A DNA stretch of 64,000 bases from Lophium mytilinum (lineage: Eukaryota), in the NCBI GenBank assembly GCA_010093605.1, contig MU004194.1, positions 1,650,323-1,714,322 of the forward strand, in the 5' to 3' direction. Positions 12,350 to 25,938 of this stretch are shown in pieces. The notes under the pieces were generated by a model, which was not told the DNA's origin, made no database searches, and saw only the letters and a program-made list of their open reading frames with translations. A program made the position numbers and the translations under genes. Position 1 is the first letter of the stretch. Every line of letters begins with the position of its first letter.

Positions 12350-14880
12350 CTCGGCGAGCTGGGGAATGCCCTCGGTAATAAAGCAGGTAGAGTGATCGCT
12401 AGCAGGGAACAAAAGCCTTGTCACAATCAGACAGGATGTCTCGAGGCAGTCCAGGAAAGCAGAGGAACGGTGGGGCACTCGATAGCTCTCTTCTACGGCG
12501 GGGCCCTCCCGGGGGTAATTAAACCTAGGACCCCACTGTGGGCATGACTCGATGGGCACAGACGGACGCGACTGGTACGGATGTCCATCAATTGCTGGAA
12601 ACCTTACGTAGCTTCGTCCCAAAGTTGGGCCGCAAACAGAGCCTGTGCCGGTGCCTCTGCGCGTCTCATTGATTGCCCACACGACCATCACCGGCAGCAG
12701 AGAGGGGTTCGGGTGCTCCTCAGTGTCTTCGGCAGGCGAAGCCGTAACATTCACCGGCCCTCCCGCGCGGTACCGTGGTGCTGGACTTGCCGTCCCGATC
12801 GTGGGAGGCTATCGAGGGCCAGAGGCGGGCGTGCTGGCAGTGTGGCACAGGCTGGAAGGCTTGATAACTTCGCATTTAGAGTTTGTGGTGCATGAATGGG
12901 GTTTACGCAATACTCATCCGGGTCGAGCTTGGGCAGACAATTGGCTGCAGCAGGCAAGGCTGATGGAGGAAGTCGGGAGGCCCCGAAAGAGAGCCCGTAA
13001 GCGCTGCTGGGCCAAACTCAAAATACCGTCTTGGGTGTTCGCCCCGATAGCACAGCCCACAATGGCGCGCCACATGCCGATAGTGTGCATATTGAGGCTG
13101 TTGAGAGTCTCCAAATGCACGACAGAGCAAGTGGTGCTGTGGAGGCTTTCATGACTACGGCGTGGAAAAGCTTACGGGTGTGTGAGGTTGACGTCGTTCT
13201 CCAGAACCGAGCGTCACCGATCATGCAAGTCAAGCTGCACCACCCAGCTCCACACGGGCTAGCGATATTCGCCATGCTTCAAGGGCACGCGGCGACCTGC
13301 GGGGAACAGACCACATGTCGCCACGATCCAAGGGTCGCCGCGGAGGCTGGGTTCAGGGGTACTTCACCGCTCGCCGGGTTCGCTCTGAACATCCTCCACC
13401 ATTATACTTGGCGTTGTACGTACACCTGGGCAGCAAGACACATGCAAATTATTCCCGGAAGTCTGTCTTCAATATCGCAAGCTGCTGACACCAACTCCGT
13501 TTGCTTCATGCTTAGATTTGCAACATAGATTTCTAGTATTCTTCGGCTCCTTGGCGTCCGATTGTTATACATAACCATAAGCCTTCGCCTACTTCTTTTT
13601 CTCACACCTCCTAGCTCCTAAGTAGCCCTACTTCCACCTAGCAAGTAAGGTATGCTACGGGTCAACGGTGTGCACGCTTTGACACCGTTAGGGACATATT
13701 TAACACCAGGATACCCAGCCTTAAAAGCAACTTGGGCCTTCTTTTGACCATGAAGAAAGCATCGAGGACCCTTTGAATTCACGGTAACTCGGTCCTTTTT
13801 TCCACCGTTAAACAACATGGCAAAGATGAAATCCGATGTATAGTAAAAACAACTACAACCTTCTCTTGTTATACCATTCCATATATATCAACATTCACAT
13901 CATCCACCCAATCCCACTCTCGCAATCCCCACCACCCAGCCCCAACACCATCTCAAAAGCAAGCCTACCCCAGCACCTCCACTCAGGATCCTCCTCTCTA
14001 CCGGGGCCTACTGCACACATCGACGAGCCCCATGTCCCCCTACACGCACTTCCATCCGACGGCTTTGCCCAATCCCATATGACTCGCGGCAGATCATACC
14101 ATACCTACCCTCCTCCGACCCACTCGTAGCCCAACCCCGCTACTGCACCACCCATCCGTCGCCGAATCATCCCAAATCCCCCCGAACCCAGCCTCTCACC
14201 GACCTTTTAACGGACCCGTTACTTAGTACATACATTCCCCCACACAAAACAAGTCACGCCTTGCGTAAATACCGTAGAACCCCGGGCTCCAACCCTCACA
14301 TTATAAAATGTCTATTCACCCACCGCATAACGTTCAAGACCTGACGACCGTTCGTACCTACAAAAAGCGTCACCGGAAACACCGTTCTTACTCGCTATGA
14401 GCGTTCACGTTCAATATTGCCCGAACTAAGCGTAACGTTAGCGCCAGGTCTCAGGACTCAGACACGCTATCCATTCATTTCATTCTCCACAAACCCCATT
14501 TTTGTATGTAGCACACTCAAGAAAAAAAAGAAGAACAAGAAGATAGGATAGATAGGGCTTCTCGCGTAAAAGAAAAAGTGGTATATCAGCCGCTCCATCC
14601 AAACACCGCTCCCCCACTCCCAACCTCCCTCCGCATTCAACGCCCTCCCTTCCATTTTGGATATCCCTTCCCTCCCATTCCATTTTTCAACCCGCCCTCG
14701 CTCAATGTACAGGAAAACAAATGTCTGCTAGAAGCGCTCACTGAAACTCACAAACCCGCCATACTGTCCCTTTTTCAAAACCCAGAGGAGTGTGACTCTT
14801 CCTAGCTGGTATAAGAATCGAATTTCTCCGATCGCATACACCCCTCTCTTTTTTTTCTTCTCTCCATCCCTGATCTGCTT

Positions 14881-17800
14881 TTACCCCCCGCCCGAGTTCC
14901 CTCCCTCCATTCCACCCCCCGGCCCCTGCGAACCCCCCACGTACCCCGAGCTGCCGTCGTAGTACAGCATCTCGTGCGGCAGGTACTCCAGCCAGGGCAT
15001 CATCTCGTCCCCAAGCGCGCTCATGTCGATGTCCTGGCTTTGGATCATCATGTCGCCAAATGGCACCTGCGCCGAGCCATCGTAGCTGCCGCCGATGTCG
15101 AATTGGTTGTACTGCGACGAGGGGGAGAAGTCTTGGGTGGGTGACTGGTTAGGGTTGAGCGACGGCGTTCGACCAGGTGGGATGAACGGGGAGGCACCGG
15201 CGGTGATGCGGCCGGGAGAGGCAGTGGAGTAAGGGGAGTGGAGGTTGAGAAGGAGATCGGCATCCGATACGAGGACGGGGTCGGCGGAGGGCATGTTGTG
15301 GTACGTTGAGGAGGGTGGCGGCATAGTGGTGATTGCGGACTGAGTTGGCGCGTAGGAGTGGGGTGGGGCGCTGGTCTGGAAGTTGGGTGACTGAGGTGGG
15401 AGACCGTGTTCGTACTTGATGCGCTGGTTTTGTTTTGGCTGGGTGGATGTGTTCTGCGGGGTGGATAGTATTGAGGCGATTGATGGCGCGGCTACTTCTG
15501 ACGTGTGCCGGCCGTTCGACTCGCGCGTGGAATCTGTGGGATACAAGACAGCAAGGCTTGTGCTTGGTGAGTTCATGGTGCCAGTGAGAGACCATCCGAT
15601 GGCTGTGATAATGATTAGTTTCGACAGATGTAAGTGGCATAAAACAACAAACCTTGATTCATCATGGGGGAAGCTGGCCCACTGATGGTTTGACCGCTTG
15701 GCTTGTGTCGTAGAGCAGAAGCCACCCTTGCTTGTGCCACATCGCTGACCCCTTGGGCCGTAAGATACGTTCCCCAAGAAAGTTTCCTTCGCCATCCAGG
15801 AGACGTGAATGCGGGCTCAGGTCGCGGGAGCTCTAAAGCGCTCTCCATTTCTTCTCTGGTGTACAAAAGAGGATCTCCGACCCCTTTGGCTTTCTGGTCA
15901 AGCACTGTAAGGATATACTTTACACCAGCCCAGTATGTCTCGAGTGATTTGAGAGCCCTATAACACCTTTGGTAGTTTTGGTTTGCGGCGGAGGCTAGTA
16001 ATGTGTGTTTCGCTGCCTGGTTCTTGTCGATAGGGCCTTCCAATAGATGGCTCATCCTGTCTCCGTTAGACTGAGAGAGCATTTGCCTGTCGAGTTTCTG
16101 CTGGTCAACAGGGGTCTTCGTCAAGATCCCAGAATCATGGCTTTGGTGAGATCCTGGGGTGGAAGGCCGTGAATGCGGGTTCGAGGAAGCCGAATGTAAC
16201 GCTGTCTCTCTGAGAAAGGCACAAGCCGCAACGTATATAGGTTGACTGTCTAGATATTAGCAACTGTACAAACACATAATGGAGCTTGTGTACCTCGTGA
16301 ATGGATTACCAAGTGCCGACTTTGAATCTATAAGCTCTGCAAACGACAAGATGTCTGCGATAGTCTTTGCCGAGGACATGGATAATTCTCTGCTGTTGGG
16401 TAATAATTGCTGAATGCTCCCTTCGAAGGTCTTGAGTAATGTCGGTTGATGGAGAAGGACTATCAGAGTGTGGAACCAGAAATGAAGCAGAACGAAATTC
16501 GTTCCTTGGTCGACCTTCACGTAGTGTTGGAAGTTGACCGCGTTGAAATGCAGCCTTGGCGAGAGCCCCTGATATATGTCGGTCAAGTGATTCTCCATAG
16601 CAGCAAGCTGCGCTAGAACATCCTGCGTGACATGCGACACTTCCTTGATGCTGTTTAGCAGATCTGTTACACGCCCGTATAGGTGGATTATTCGGATCAA
16701 GGCCGGAAATGGAACGGGCCACGCAGTTACAGGGTCGGCCTCATCGAGCGATGGAAAAGAGATCTCAATGTCCCGATCTCGCAGAGTCACGGGTCGTCCA
16801 GTGCCAGATGAGATGACGCGATCCAGGAAGAAGATGGACCAAAAGGTGTCTACTCGCTCCCGCTCAACCGCCTTTTGCTCTTCGATGGCGGATCCATCCA
16901 CACTTTTCTCAAACGGTAGGAGCGGCGGAGTTCTCTCCTGAGCTGGCTCATTCTTCCCGTTTGTTGGTGCAGTCTTCACAGTCTTGGGCGTGGGACCAGA
17001 ACGGCCTTCATATCTCAGGCCTTCCAGTGTCTGCATTCCGAGATCCTGGGCCATGCGAATCGCAATGCCCAAGTACATCCAGAGCCCACTGTCGCGACTA
17101 GCACCAAACTCATCGTACGCGAGTAGAAGAGCTGCTTGTACCACCGCAACGCTGGGACATGGAAAAGTGTCAGGAATTGCTGATTTGGCTCGTTGTGCAA
17201 ATGCCTGCCCGTGCTCCGAAGGATGGACAGTGGGGACTTTTCGGAGCTCTGCCTCCAGCTCTGGCTCTGGACTGCCAGTCAACATCGGGTGAGTGGAAAA
17301 CCGGGCAGCCAATGCGCACACAGCGTCGACTAGGATTGCATCGACTTGCTTTTCTTCCAGATCACGCAAGAAACGGTCCCGCTGTAAGAAGGGAAAACTG
17401 CAGCCAAGATGCGTAAAGAAGGTTTTGCACAGATGGGTGATTAACGGGCTTGGTGACATTGCCGAGGTGTCGTAGACTGGAATCTCAACGGGCGTGCGAG
17501 CTTCTGGGACTTGGACAGGCGAGTACTGGCCGAGAGAAGGCTGGACTCCCGGAGAGGACTCAAGAGCTGATTCTTTTATAAGTTTAGTTGATGTTGCAAG
17601 AAGTATAACCTTACCTTCAGACGAGGTGTGGCCAGTGCCTTGGCGTTTCCCTCGGACCTTGACGACCATCTGTTTGAAGCCGGGCATGATGGCAGTAGGA
17701 CCGAAGTATCGAAAGTAGGGCATTCGGTTGCGAGTGCTTAGACTCAAAGCGGTGCCTGAACAGGGTCAGTGGGGATCTTCACGAGAGTGGGGAAGCCAAT

Positions 17801-18341
17801 TTACCGGCATCGTCCTCGAGCCTTCCGCCATTGCTGGGTCTTGTGTTGTCGGACGGCGTCGCCTTTGCGGAGTCACTGGACTGCTGGTGCGATATTGACG
17901 GGCGCGAGCCCTGCGAGGACTGGGAGGGAAGTTTGTGTTTGCGGGGTTGCGAGGATACTGTCGCATGTGAGGCGGAAGCGTCCCCCATCAGCGCCTTCTT
18001 GGTCGCATCTTTGCTGTCCTCTGAGACGGGGCTGAAGGGGGTGTCGCCTTCAGCCCCGTAGCCACCGCACTCGTGCTTGTTCTGCGTACAGGTCCCACAC
18101 ACGGGGCGCTCGCCTGGAGAAAGGCACGGTTAGCAGTGTTCTTCCCACGGACTGCCCCCCGACGCGAGCGAGCATGCAACTAACCGGAGCATCGCGTCTT
18201 CCTCCGCCGACACGTCAAGCAGGCAGAGTTGATCCTGCGTCTCTTCGCGTAGGGCCCGTCATGGTTCGTCACGAAGCGGATGGGCTTCGGCTGGGCAGGC
18301 GAGGCATTCGACGCGGTGGTGGCGACGGTGCTGTGATTCAT
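14881..18341 (-). CDS. Zn(II)2Cys6 transcription factor with fungal-specific TF (MHR) domain
   Basis: ACLTCRRRKTRCSG|ERPVCGTCTQNKHECGGY after removing intron 18184-18114. Further introns at 17804-17756, 17614-~17570, ~16290-16248 and ~15650-15603. MHR motifs LWMYLGIAIRMAQDLGM and TFWSIFFLDRVISSGTGRP. Confidence 0.9.
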
Positions 18342-19070
18342 GAAAATGGCCGGCCGGGTGCCTGTGGTGATGCGCGACAGACTCAAGACACCATTGGGCT
18401 GCGAGTCGGGCTCCTGGCTGTGCTACTTCGTCCTGCGCTTCCTGGTGGAGTTGTGCCGAGGCGGCAGAGACGGTGCTTGCTTCAAGCTTTGAGGGCGACT
18501 CAGGGTGCACGATGCGCTTTCGTCGCGGTCAAAGGTCGTCGAGCCGTCGGGGCGGGCTTCTGGTGTTTTGGGGTGCAACTTGGGGCCTCACGGTCATGGT
18601 CCCCGCTGAGCACTGGGCGTCGAGGAAGAGAGCGAGCGGAGCGGTGCAGCGGGTGACAGGCGCAAGCAAAAGCTGGGGTTCGAGAACACGGCCTACAAGC
18701 ATGGGCCCTTGGTCCTTTTAGCCGTGCCACGGCAGGCAACCTGCACGCACTGCGAAATACTCAAGGGAGTGTGTGATTTCGGCGCCACGAGCGCTCCAGC
18801 TGCCTCGCTCTCCAGCCCCAGGGCCAATTGGCAGCCACAGGGCGCGCCCGAGTGCAGGCGAATTGCTGCTTTTTCTCACTAGATCTGCACCAACCCCAGC
18901 TTTTGCCCATCCGTTAGCTGCGACCGGGCCAAGCTTGCGTTTGTCGCAGCGCGAGCTCCACGGCCACGGTCCACCCATCCGAGCTTCTATCGACGACGCC
19001 ACGACCACTGACCACTGACCACCACGACGACTCGTACAATACTCTCCGCCAGTTCTCACCCTGCGCGACC

Positions 19071-20234
19071 ATGGACACTCTGCGACCGCTCTGCTTGCTT
19101 GGACGGCTTTCCTCGCGCCGAGTCGCCCCGAGACGAACACATCTGCCTATCGTGCAATGTCTGCACACATCACCGCCACGTCCCGCCAACCCGCTCCCAC
19201 ATCCCGTAGTCCCCGGGGCTCCGCCGGACCCTCCAGTCTCAGACGTAGACGAGCGAGTAGCGCGGAAGAAGCGGCAGGTTGAGCTGCTCAAGCGGGCCCA
19301 GGAGCTGCGGACGACGCCCTCCAAGTCGAAAGGCGGTCTGTTGAAACGGTTCTGGAAGGATGTCTCCGTGAAAGAGACACCTGGTAAGCTCGGCAGCATT
19401 GAGGTGGGAGAGTGTACTGCTAATTGCGTCTATGTAGATGGCCACCAAATCTTCCTCGACACCCGGCCTGTGCGGACACCCACGAAAGATATCCTCACCG
19501 TTCCCCGCAGCAAACACCACCTGGCCGCCGCCATAGCCCTTGAATGGGATCTGCTGGTGAGCATTCAGCAGGCGCTCAAGACCCACAACATCCCGATGAC
19601 CTCTCTGGCATCACGTGCATTGGATATACAGGCGGCGGACGCTGACGGGAAGAGTTTGGTGAGGGATGACATGGTCAAGATGATGATGCGCTACCTCACC
19701 ACCGACACGCTGCTGTGTTGGGCGCCGGAGAAGAACATCCACGACGCACCCCAATTAGAGGAGCGGGCAGGCACAGAAACGCTGCGAAAACTGCAGATCC
19801 GGGTCGCTGAGCCCATCATTGCGCATCTCACGACGAAAGTATGGCCGGGCGTCGAGATCACGCCAATCACCCAGGAGGACAGCATTCTGCCTCTTCCGCA
19901 GCCCGACATGACAAAGGATGTCATCCGTGGATGGCTGTCCGGACTGCCAGCCTACGAGTTGGCCGGTCTCGAGCGCGCCGTCCTGGCCAGCAAGAGTCTG
20001 CTCGTCGGAGTGCGGCTGCTCGTCGAGTGGAGTGAGCATCTAAGCCATCTACGGAACGAGGTTGCTGGAGAACGCTTCGGCATCGAGGAAGCCGCCGAAG
20101 CAGCGAGTCTAGAGGTCCGCTGGCAGACGGGCATGTGGGGAGAAGTCGAAGACACTCACGACGTCGAGAAGGAGGACATGCGCAGACAGCTTGGAAGCGT
20201 CATCCTGCTTGTCAGCGGGGACAGTCGGCAGTAG
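19071..20234 (+). CDS. ATP12: Mitochondrial F1-ATPase assembly chaperone ATP12
   Basis: Arg-rich presequence, KRFWKDVSV, IFLDTRPVRTP, AIALEWD, WGEVEDTHDVEKED; in-frame intron 19384-19437. Confidence 0.95.
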   Translation: MDTLRPLCLLGRLSSRRVAPRRTHLPIVQCLHTSPPRPANPLPHPVVPGAPPDPPVSDVDERVARKKRQVELLKRAQELRTTPSKSKGGLLKRFWKDVSVKETPGKLGSIEVGECTANCVYVDGHQIFLDTRPVRTPTKDILTVPRSKHHLAAAIALEWDLLVSIQQALKTHNIPMTSLASRALDIQAADADGKSLVRDDMVKMMMRYLTTDTLLCWAPEKNIHDAPQLEERAGTETLRKLQIRVAEPIIAHLTTKVWPGVEITPITQEDSILPLPQPDMTKDVIRGWLSGLPAYELAGLERAVLASKSLLVGVRLLVEWSEHLSHLRNEVAGERFGIEEAAEAASLEVRWQTGMWGEVEDTHDVEKEDMRRQLGSVILLVSGDSRQ

Positions 20235-20944
20235 AGCCCCACTCGACGTCTGACTGTACGAAGAAATATAGACCTGTAAAAATATGTAATACGCAGCACC
20301 AAGACACTTGTTGACTCGGTTTCACCGCGGACTTATGTGCTTGGAGATTCTTTCAGCACTGTAAACTTGATGCAGCTTCTCAATGTGATACAAGCTTACG
20401 GCGCGATTGACTTTACAACGAGGTCGCTTTCACGAACCTGATAATTTGCCAAGCTATCTCAGGCAGTGGCATACACGAGTACACACCACCCGCAGATGAC
20501 AATGGCGTAAGCGGCTTTCTATCGTAGTATCGCAGTGTGGCAGCATCGCAGGTAGGGCTCGAGGCCGAATTTCGCGCGAAGCACCTACGCATTGTGGCAT
20601 TATTCCCGCTGTGGCATCGTGTTTTATGCATAACTATCCTGGGCCGGCCCTGCACGCACTCCTATTTGTCGAGCGTGGTGGCAAGGTTTGTGCCATACTG
20701 CCGCTACTCCCCTGAAGGTCTGGCGCTTTCGTCACTCGAAACCCCGCGTCCACTTGTGGGAACGCACCCAGCTCTATTCCTAAGCATCACGCATTTTTAA
20801 ACCACAACATCAGATATGCCACACAAAGACTGACTGTGCGCCGTCTTGGATCTGTTGTGCACCAGCAGACATTGCTAGTTCAACTCTCACCTCGCGCCGC
20901 ATCCCCGCAATCTGCCCTGCACCACTCACACCGAAACACCAGAA

Positions 20945-23900
20945 ATGGACGGGTAAGTAGCTGCCATGGCCATGAATGATCCCAGCGACACCACCGCACA
21001 GTAGGGGCTCTGCTCGTTTGATCCAGGGGCCAGGAATTTGAAGCTCGCGCAGAGACTGACTTTGCGGCAGGCACAAGCGGTCCAAGTCGGCCAGCGTGAA
21101 GCACCTTCTTTCCCGCGTCTCCTCCAAGCCCGACGTCACCGACCCAGAAAGCAGCATTCCCCCGACTTCAGCGGCCGCCTCGTCGACCACCTCTCTCAGC
21201 TCCCAGCAGTCTGCGCTGCCAGTCCGGGGCCCTTCTTCCCACATTAGACACCCGTCGCGTCACGGTCACCGACCGCATCTTTCTACCACCATGTCCAACG
21301 CCGGAGGGCTATCAGACAGTCTGGCGCCCGCCTCTCCGAGTCACGGCACCTCGCCGGCCTCGCCGACTACCAAGGGAGCCTCGATTGAACAGTCTGTCAA
21401 AATGTTCAGGGTCTTTGAAGCATTGCGCAATGGGGATACCGGTGCTATATCTAAGGCCATGAGGGAGCAGACAGCTTCAGCTCCAGACTCAGACAAGAGC
21501 GCATCGTCAGTCGCCCTGTCCTCCACAGGCCGTTTGGAGGGGACGTCGATATTACACCTGGCTATACAGTGCGCCGAGATGCCCGTGATTGAATTCGTCC
21601 TTTCGAACTCAACACCCGGGTCGGATGGCCCTATCGATATCAATGGGAGGGACAAAGACGGCAATACCCCTATGCATCTTGCCGCTACTCTCGGTCGAGC
21701 ACCTGTAGTTCGTACCCTGTTAGATCAGCCCGGTATCAACGATTCCGTTCCAAATTACCTAGGCCAGACGCCTCTAGACCTCGCCCGCACCCCGGAAATA
21801 TTCCAGCTCCTGCAACTTGCCAGATCCATCTTCATTGATACCAACGTGAAAAAAATCCAGAGCCTAGTAGCGGCAGGCGATTTGGCCGCCTTGGAGAAAC
21901 TGTTTCAGGACCCCAGAATTCGCAGCACCATAGACGTCAATGGCGGCGAACTCACGACTGACCCTGTAACACTTGAGTCCGGTGGAACCCTTTTGCACGA
22001 AGCTGCGCGAAGGAAAGATATCAAACTTATACAAATGCTTTTGCTCAACGGAGCCGATCCCTTCAGGCGAGACAGGAAAGGAAAACTCCCGCAAGAAGTT
22101 ACCAAAGATGACAGGACACGAGCAATCCTTAAGCGATCACCCGCAGCACACGCAGCCCAACGTGGGATCCAAGAAAAGACTATTCTTGGCAGCTCGGCTG
22201 CGCAGGCCGGCTCAAGTGGTGCCGAGAATCCATTGGGCAGTAAAGACGGTCGCGAGATGAAGGGATACCTGAAGAAGTGGACGAACTATACCAGTGGGTA
22301 CAAGCTGCGGTGGTTCGTACTCGAAGATGGTGTGCTTAGCTACTATAAGCATCAAGGTAACCTGCTCCTTTCGTCTTAATCGCCCTCAAATGCTTACAAG
22401 TGACAGATGATGCTGGGTCTGCTTGCCGAGGAGCCATAAACATGAAAATTGCCAAACTATACATGGATCCCCAAGATAAACAGCGCTTTGAGATTCACGG
22501 GAAATCTTCTGTCAAATACCACCTCAAGGCAAACCATCAAGTAGAAGCAAAGCGTTGGTATTGGGCGCTGAACAATGCCATCCGTTGGAGCAAAGACGAG
22601 GCTCAAGAGGAAGAAAAGCGTCAAACTCGCGAGGTAGAGGCACTCAAACAAGCCAAAATAGAACAATTTGAGAAGCGACCCTCCGGCGAGGCGGACTCTC
22701 TGAGCGTTCATTCCAAAGCTGCGCCCAAAAGCTTTGCTCCCTGTGGGTTTTCCCATCCTACGCTTTTTTCACGCAGTCAACTAATAATTTTTAAAGCATC
22801 TGCATCACTTGGTGTACCATTTGCCATTGGCGGCACATCGAGAACCGGTGCTAGCACTATAGACGATGACGACTACCCTCCCAGCAACTACGATCCCAGT
22901 ATCTCTGGTGGAGATCTTACCAAGATGCAAAGTCACCTAGGCACTGCTACGGTAGAGGGAGAAGACGACGATGATGATGATTATGGAGATGACACTAGTA
23001 GTCACGAGGTGCAGCCGGCAAGCAAGGACGCCTTCAACATCACGGCCCAGTCTGCAAAACTACAGCTTGATCTATTAGGGCAGGTCTCTGCGGCCTTAGT
23101 TTCAGAAAGAACACGAAATCCCACGATGCAAATATCAGACCCAACAGCGGTCCAAGCTCTAACATCCTATGAGTCCGCTGTTGGGAATCTCAAGGCACTC
23201 GTCGGGGATCTCTTGCGAATCTCTCGAGATCGCGACGCATATTGGCAGTATAGACTTGACCGAGAGGCCAATGTTCGCCGGATGTGGGAAGAGAGCATGG
23301 CCCGGGTTGTACAAGAACAAGAAGAGCTCGAAAGCCGAATCGGTCTATCCGAGCTGAAGCGAAGGAAGACGAAAGCCGCTCTCCGCGAAGCTCTCGAAGG
23401 ATATGAGGTGAACGACTCTCGCCCAGTGAGCAGGGATGGAGGCAAGGATGAATTTGCTGAGGCAGAGGAAACACCTACCAGGGAGATGCAAGATTTCCTG
23501 CGACCGAAGGGTGCTAACACTGCTGTTCGACGAAAGTCTACCTTTGTTGACCTAGGAGAGCTATCAGACTCGGAGGCCGACGAGGACGAGTTTTTCGATG
23601 CGGTTGACGCAGGTGAAATTGAAATCGTTGAGATGCCTATTTCAAGTCCTGGTATTGGAGCTACAGATATGCCGCCGTCTACTGAAGAGCTATTCGACGA
23701 TAAGATGGCCAAGATAGCGACTGCTTGGAGGGGATATGAGGATGGGCCTCGACAGAAGCTAGCGATGGATGCAGATGACAGACCCAAGATCAGTCTTTGG
23801 GTAAGTTTCGACCCCCTCTTCGATTGGCGATGATCTAACTCCCACAGGGCATTCTCAAATCCATGATTGGTAAAGACATGACCAAGATGACTCTACCCGT

Positions 23901-25061
23901 CTCTTTCAATGAACCTACATCTCTGCTCCAGCGTGTTGCTGAGGACATGGAATATACCGACCTCCTCGACACAGCGGCTGAACGGATGGACTCGACCGAG
24001 AGACTCGTGTATGTCGCTGCGTTCGCTGCTAGTGAATATGCTTCAACTATTGCGCGAGTCGCGAAGCCATTCAATCCTCTTCTTGGAGAGACATACGAGT
24101 ATGCTAGGCCTGACAAGGGCTATCGCTTCTTCATTGAGCAAGTCAGTCATCATCCGCCGGTTGGTGCTGCATATGCTGAATCAAAGAAATGGGACTACTA
24201 TGTAAGTTTAATACGCGCATGAATTATTCCTCTGGGCACCGCTAATACAGTATAAAGGGCGAATCCGCCGTCAAATCCAAGTTCTACGGCAAATCATTCG
24301 ACATCAACCCACTTGGAACATGGTTCTTGAACCTCCGACCAACTTCTGGCGGATCTGAGCTCTACACATGGAAGAAGGTTACCTCCTCGGTTGTCGGCAT
24401 CATCACCGGCAACCCCACTGTCGACAACTACGGCCTCATGGAGGTTAAGAACTGGAACACGGGCGAAGTCTGCCAGCTCGACTTCAAAGCTCGGGGCTGG
24501 AAGGCCTCGTCGGCGTACCAGGTGCACGGCAAAGTCATGACGGCCGACGGCAAGCCGCGCTGGAGCATCGGCGGCCGCTGGAACGACAAGATTTACGCCC
24601 GCCTCACCCCCGGCTACGAGGACAGCGTCGTCCACCCGACCAACACCTCGGGCCTGAAGCCCGACGAGAACAAGGCCTTCCTCGTTTGGGAGTGCCATGG
24701 AAGGCCGACGGGTATCCCGTTCAATTTGACACCCTTCTGTGTCACGCTCAATGACCTGCCGGATAAGCTCCGTCCCATCCTCGCGCCTACTGATACCCGC
24801 CTCCGCCCTGACCAGCGCGCGATGGAGGACGGCGAGTACGACCTCGCGGCTACGGAGAAAAACCGCGTGGAGGAGAAGCAGCGGGCGAGGCGGCGGGAGC
24901 GGGAGGCGCAGGGGGAGGAGTTTGTGCCACGATGGTTCTCGAAAGGGAGGTGTGAGACGACGGGGGAGGAGTATTGGGCGTTCAACGGGGAGTACTGGAC
25001 GACGAGGCATGAGGTGTCGGATAAAGGGGGGAAGTGGGAGGGGTTGGAGGACATCTTTTGA
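20945..25061 (+). CDS. OSH1: Long oxysterol-binding protein (ankyrin-PH-FFAT-ORD; Osh1/Osh2 type)
   Basis: ATG GAC GG|intron 20953-21070. Ankyrin repeats ([14 protein letters not shown]), PH domain ([20 protein letters not shown]), FFAT motif EFFDAVD, ORD signature EQVSHHPP. Further introns near 22357, 22743-22796, 23801 and 24202. Confidence 0.92.
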
Positions 25062-25358
25062 GGAGTAGGGACGAGAGTATGGGGGAGTTGTATATCAGAA
25101 TGAGAGGGAGGAAAGGAGGGTGAGGGGTTGTATGTTATAAAGTTTTAGTAATGGAGCGTTTATTCCCTTGATTGATGTGCGAGGATGGGTTTAAGTCTAC
25201 GCGCGGGTTTTGGTTCACGCGTAACCTGAGATCTGGTCTGTCGTGGGGTGATGAGTGAAGAGTGATTACAGAGTTTGCCACGAAGAGGTCCATTGCGTCT
25301 AGCGAAAAGAATCTACGCGGTTTGATTCGTGAGTCTTTATAAAAGAAGGGACGGAGGG

Positions 25359-25938
25359 TGTTGGATTATAACAATCACCCATAGTAATTAATACTATTAG
25401 CAAACAGGGTCGCTCTATATACATAACGTAGTGTCCCAACTTAATATTAGATACTACGGCTTGCAATTAATAGGTAATAAGCCCGGCTTTATTTATGCTA
25501 CTGTTTAAGCCTTAGGTTGTCCACCCTCTATAGGTATTAATTATAGACGTCTACTATTATTAGCATGCTTTTCTAGATGCCCTCTTTTATGCATTTATTC
25601 CTAGATGCATTTATTAGCTATTACAATATATAATACTAGCTATTACTATAAGATATTAGCTATTATAAAGGTTCTTAGTTATTATTAATACCGGATACTT
25701 CTCTTTCTTACTATTATATCAATTTAATTATTAGCATATGCTCCTTACTATATAATATCACTAGATACTCTCTATTAAGAAGGTTTCCTACTATTATTTC
25801 TCGCTGCACGTGCTCGAGGGGGGCTGTTGGGTTATGACAATTACCTGTAGCAATTAATGCTAGTAGTAAACAGGGTCGCTCCATATATATAACGTAGCGT
25901 CCTAACTTAATATTAGATGCTACGGCTTGCAATTAACA
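25359..25938 (+). mobile_element. Copia-derived terminal-repeat retrotransposon in miniature (TRIM), RIP-mutated
   Basis: 114-bp direct repeats at 25359-25472 and 25825-25938 (TGTTGG...TTAA[C/T]A). 5-bp TSD GAGGG/GAAGG; PBS-like GGTAATAAGCCC after the 5' LTR; PPT GAGGGGGGC before the 3' LTR. Confidence 0.9.

Noticed and set aside
12350..12754. 135-codon GTG-initiated extension of the SUKH ORF
   Set aside because: No ATG and no protein-like features; eukaryotic initiation favours ATG 12349.
13618..13818. 66-aa ORF and hairpin AACGGTGT-N10-ACACCGTT as a possible ncRNA or small gene
   Set aside because: Only an 8-bp stem, with no tRNA/snoRNA boxes or recognisable motif.
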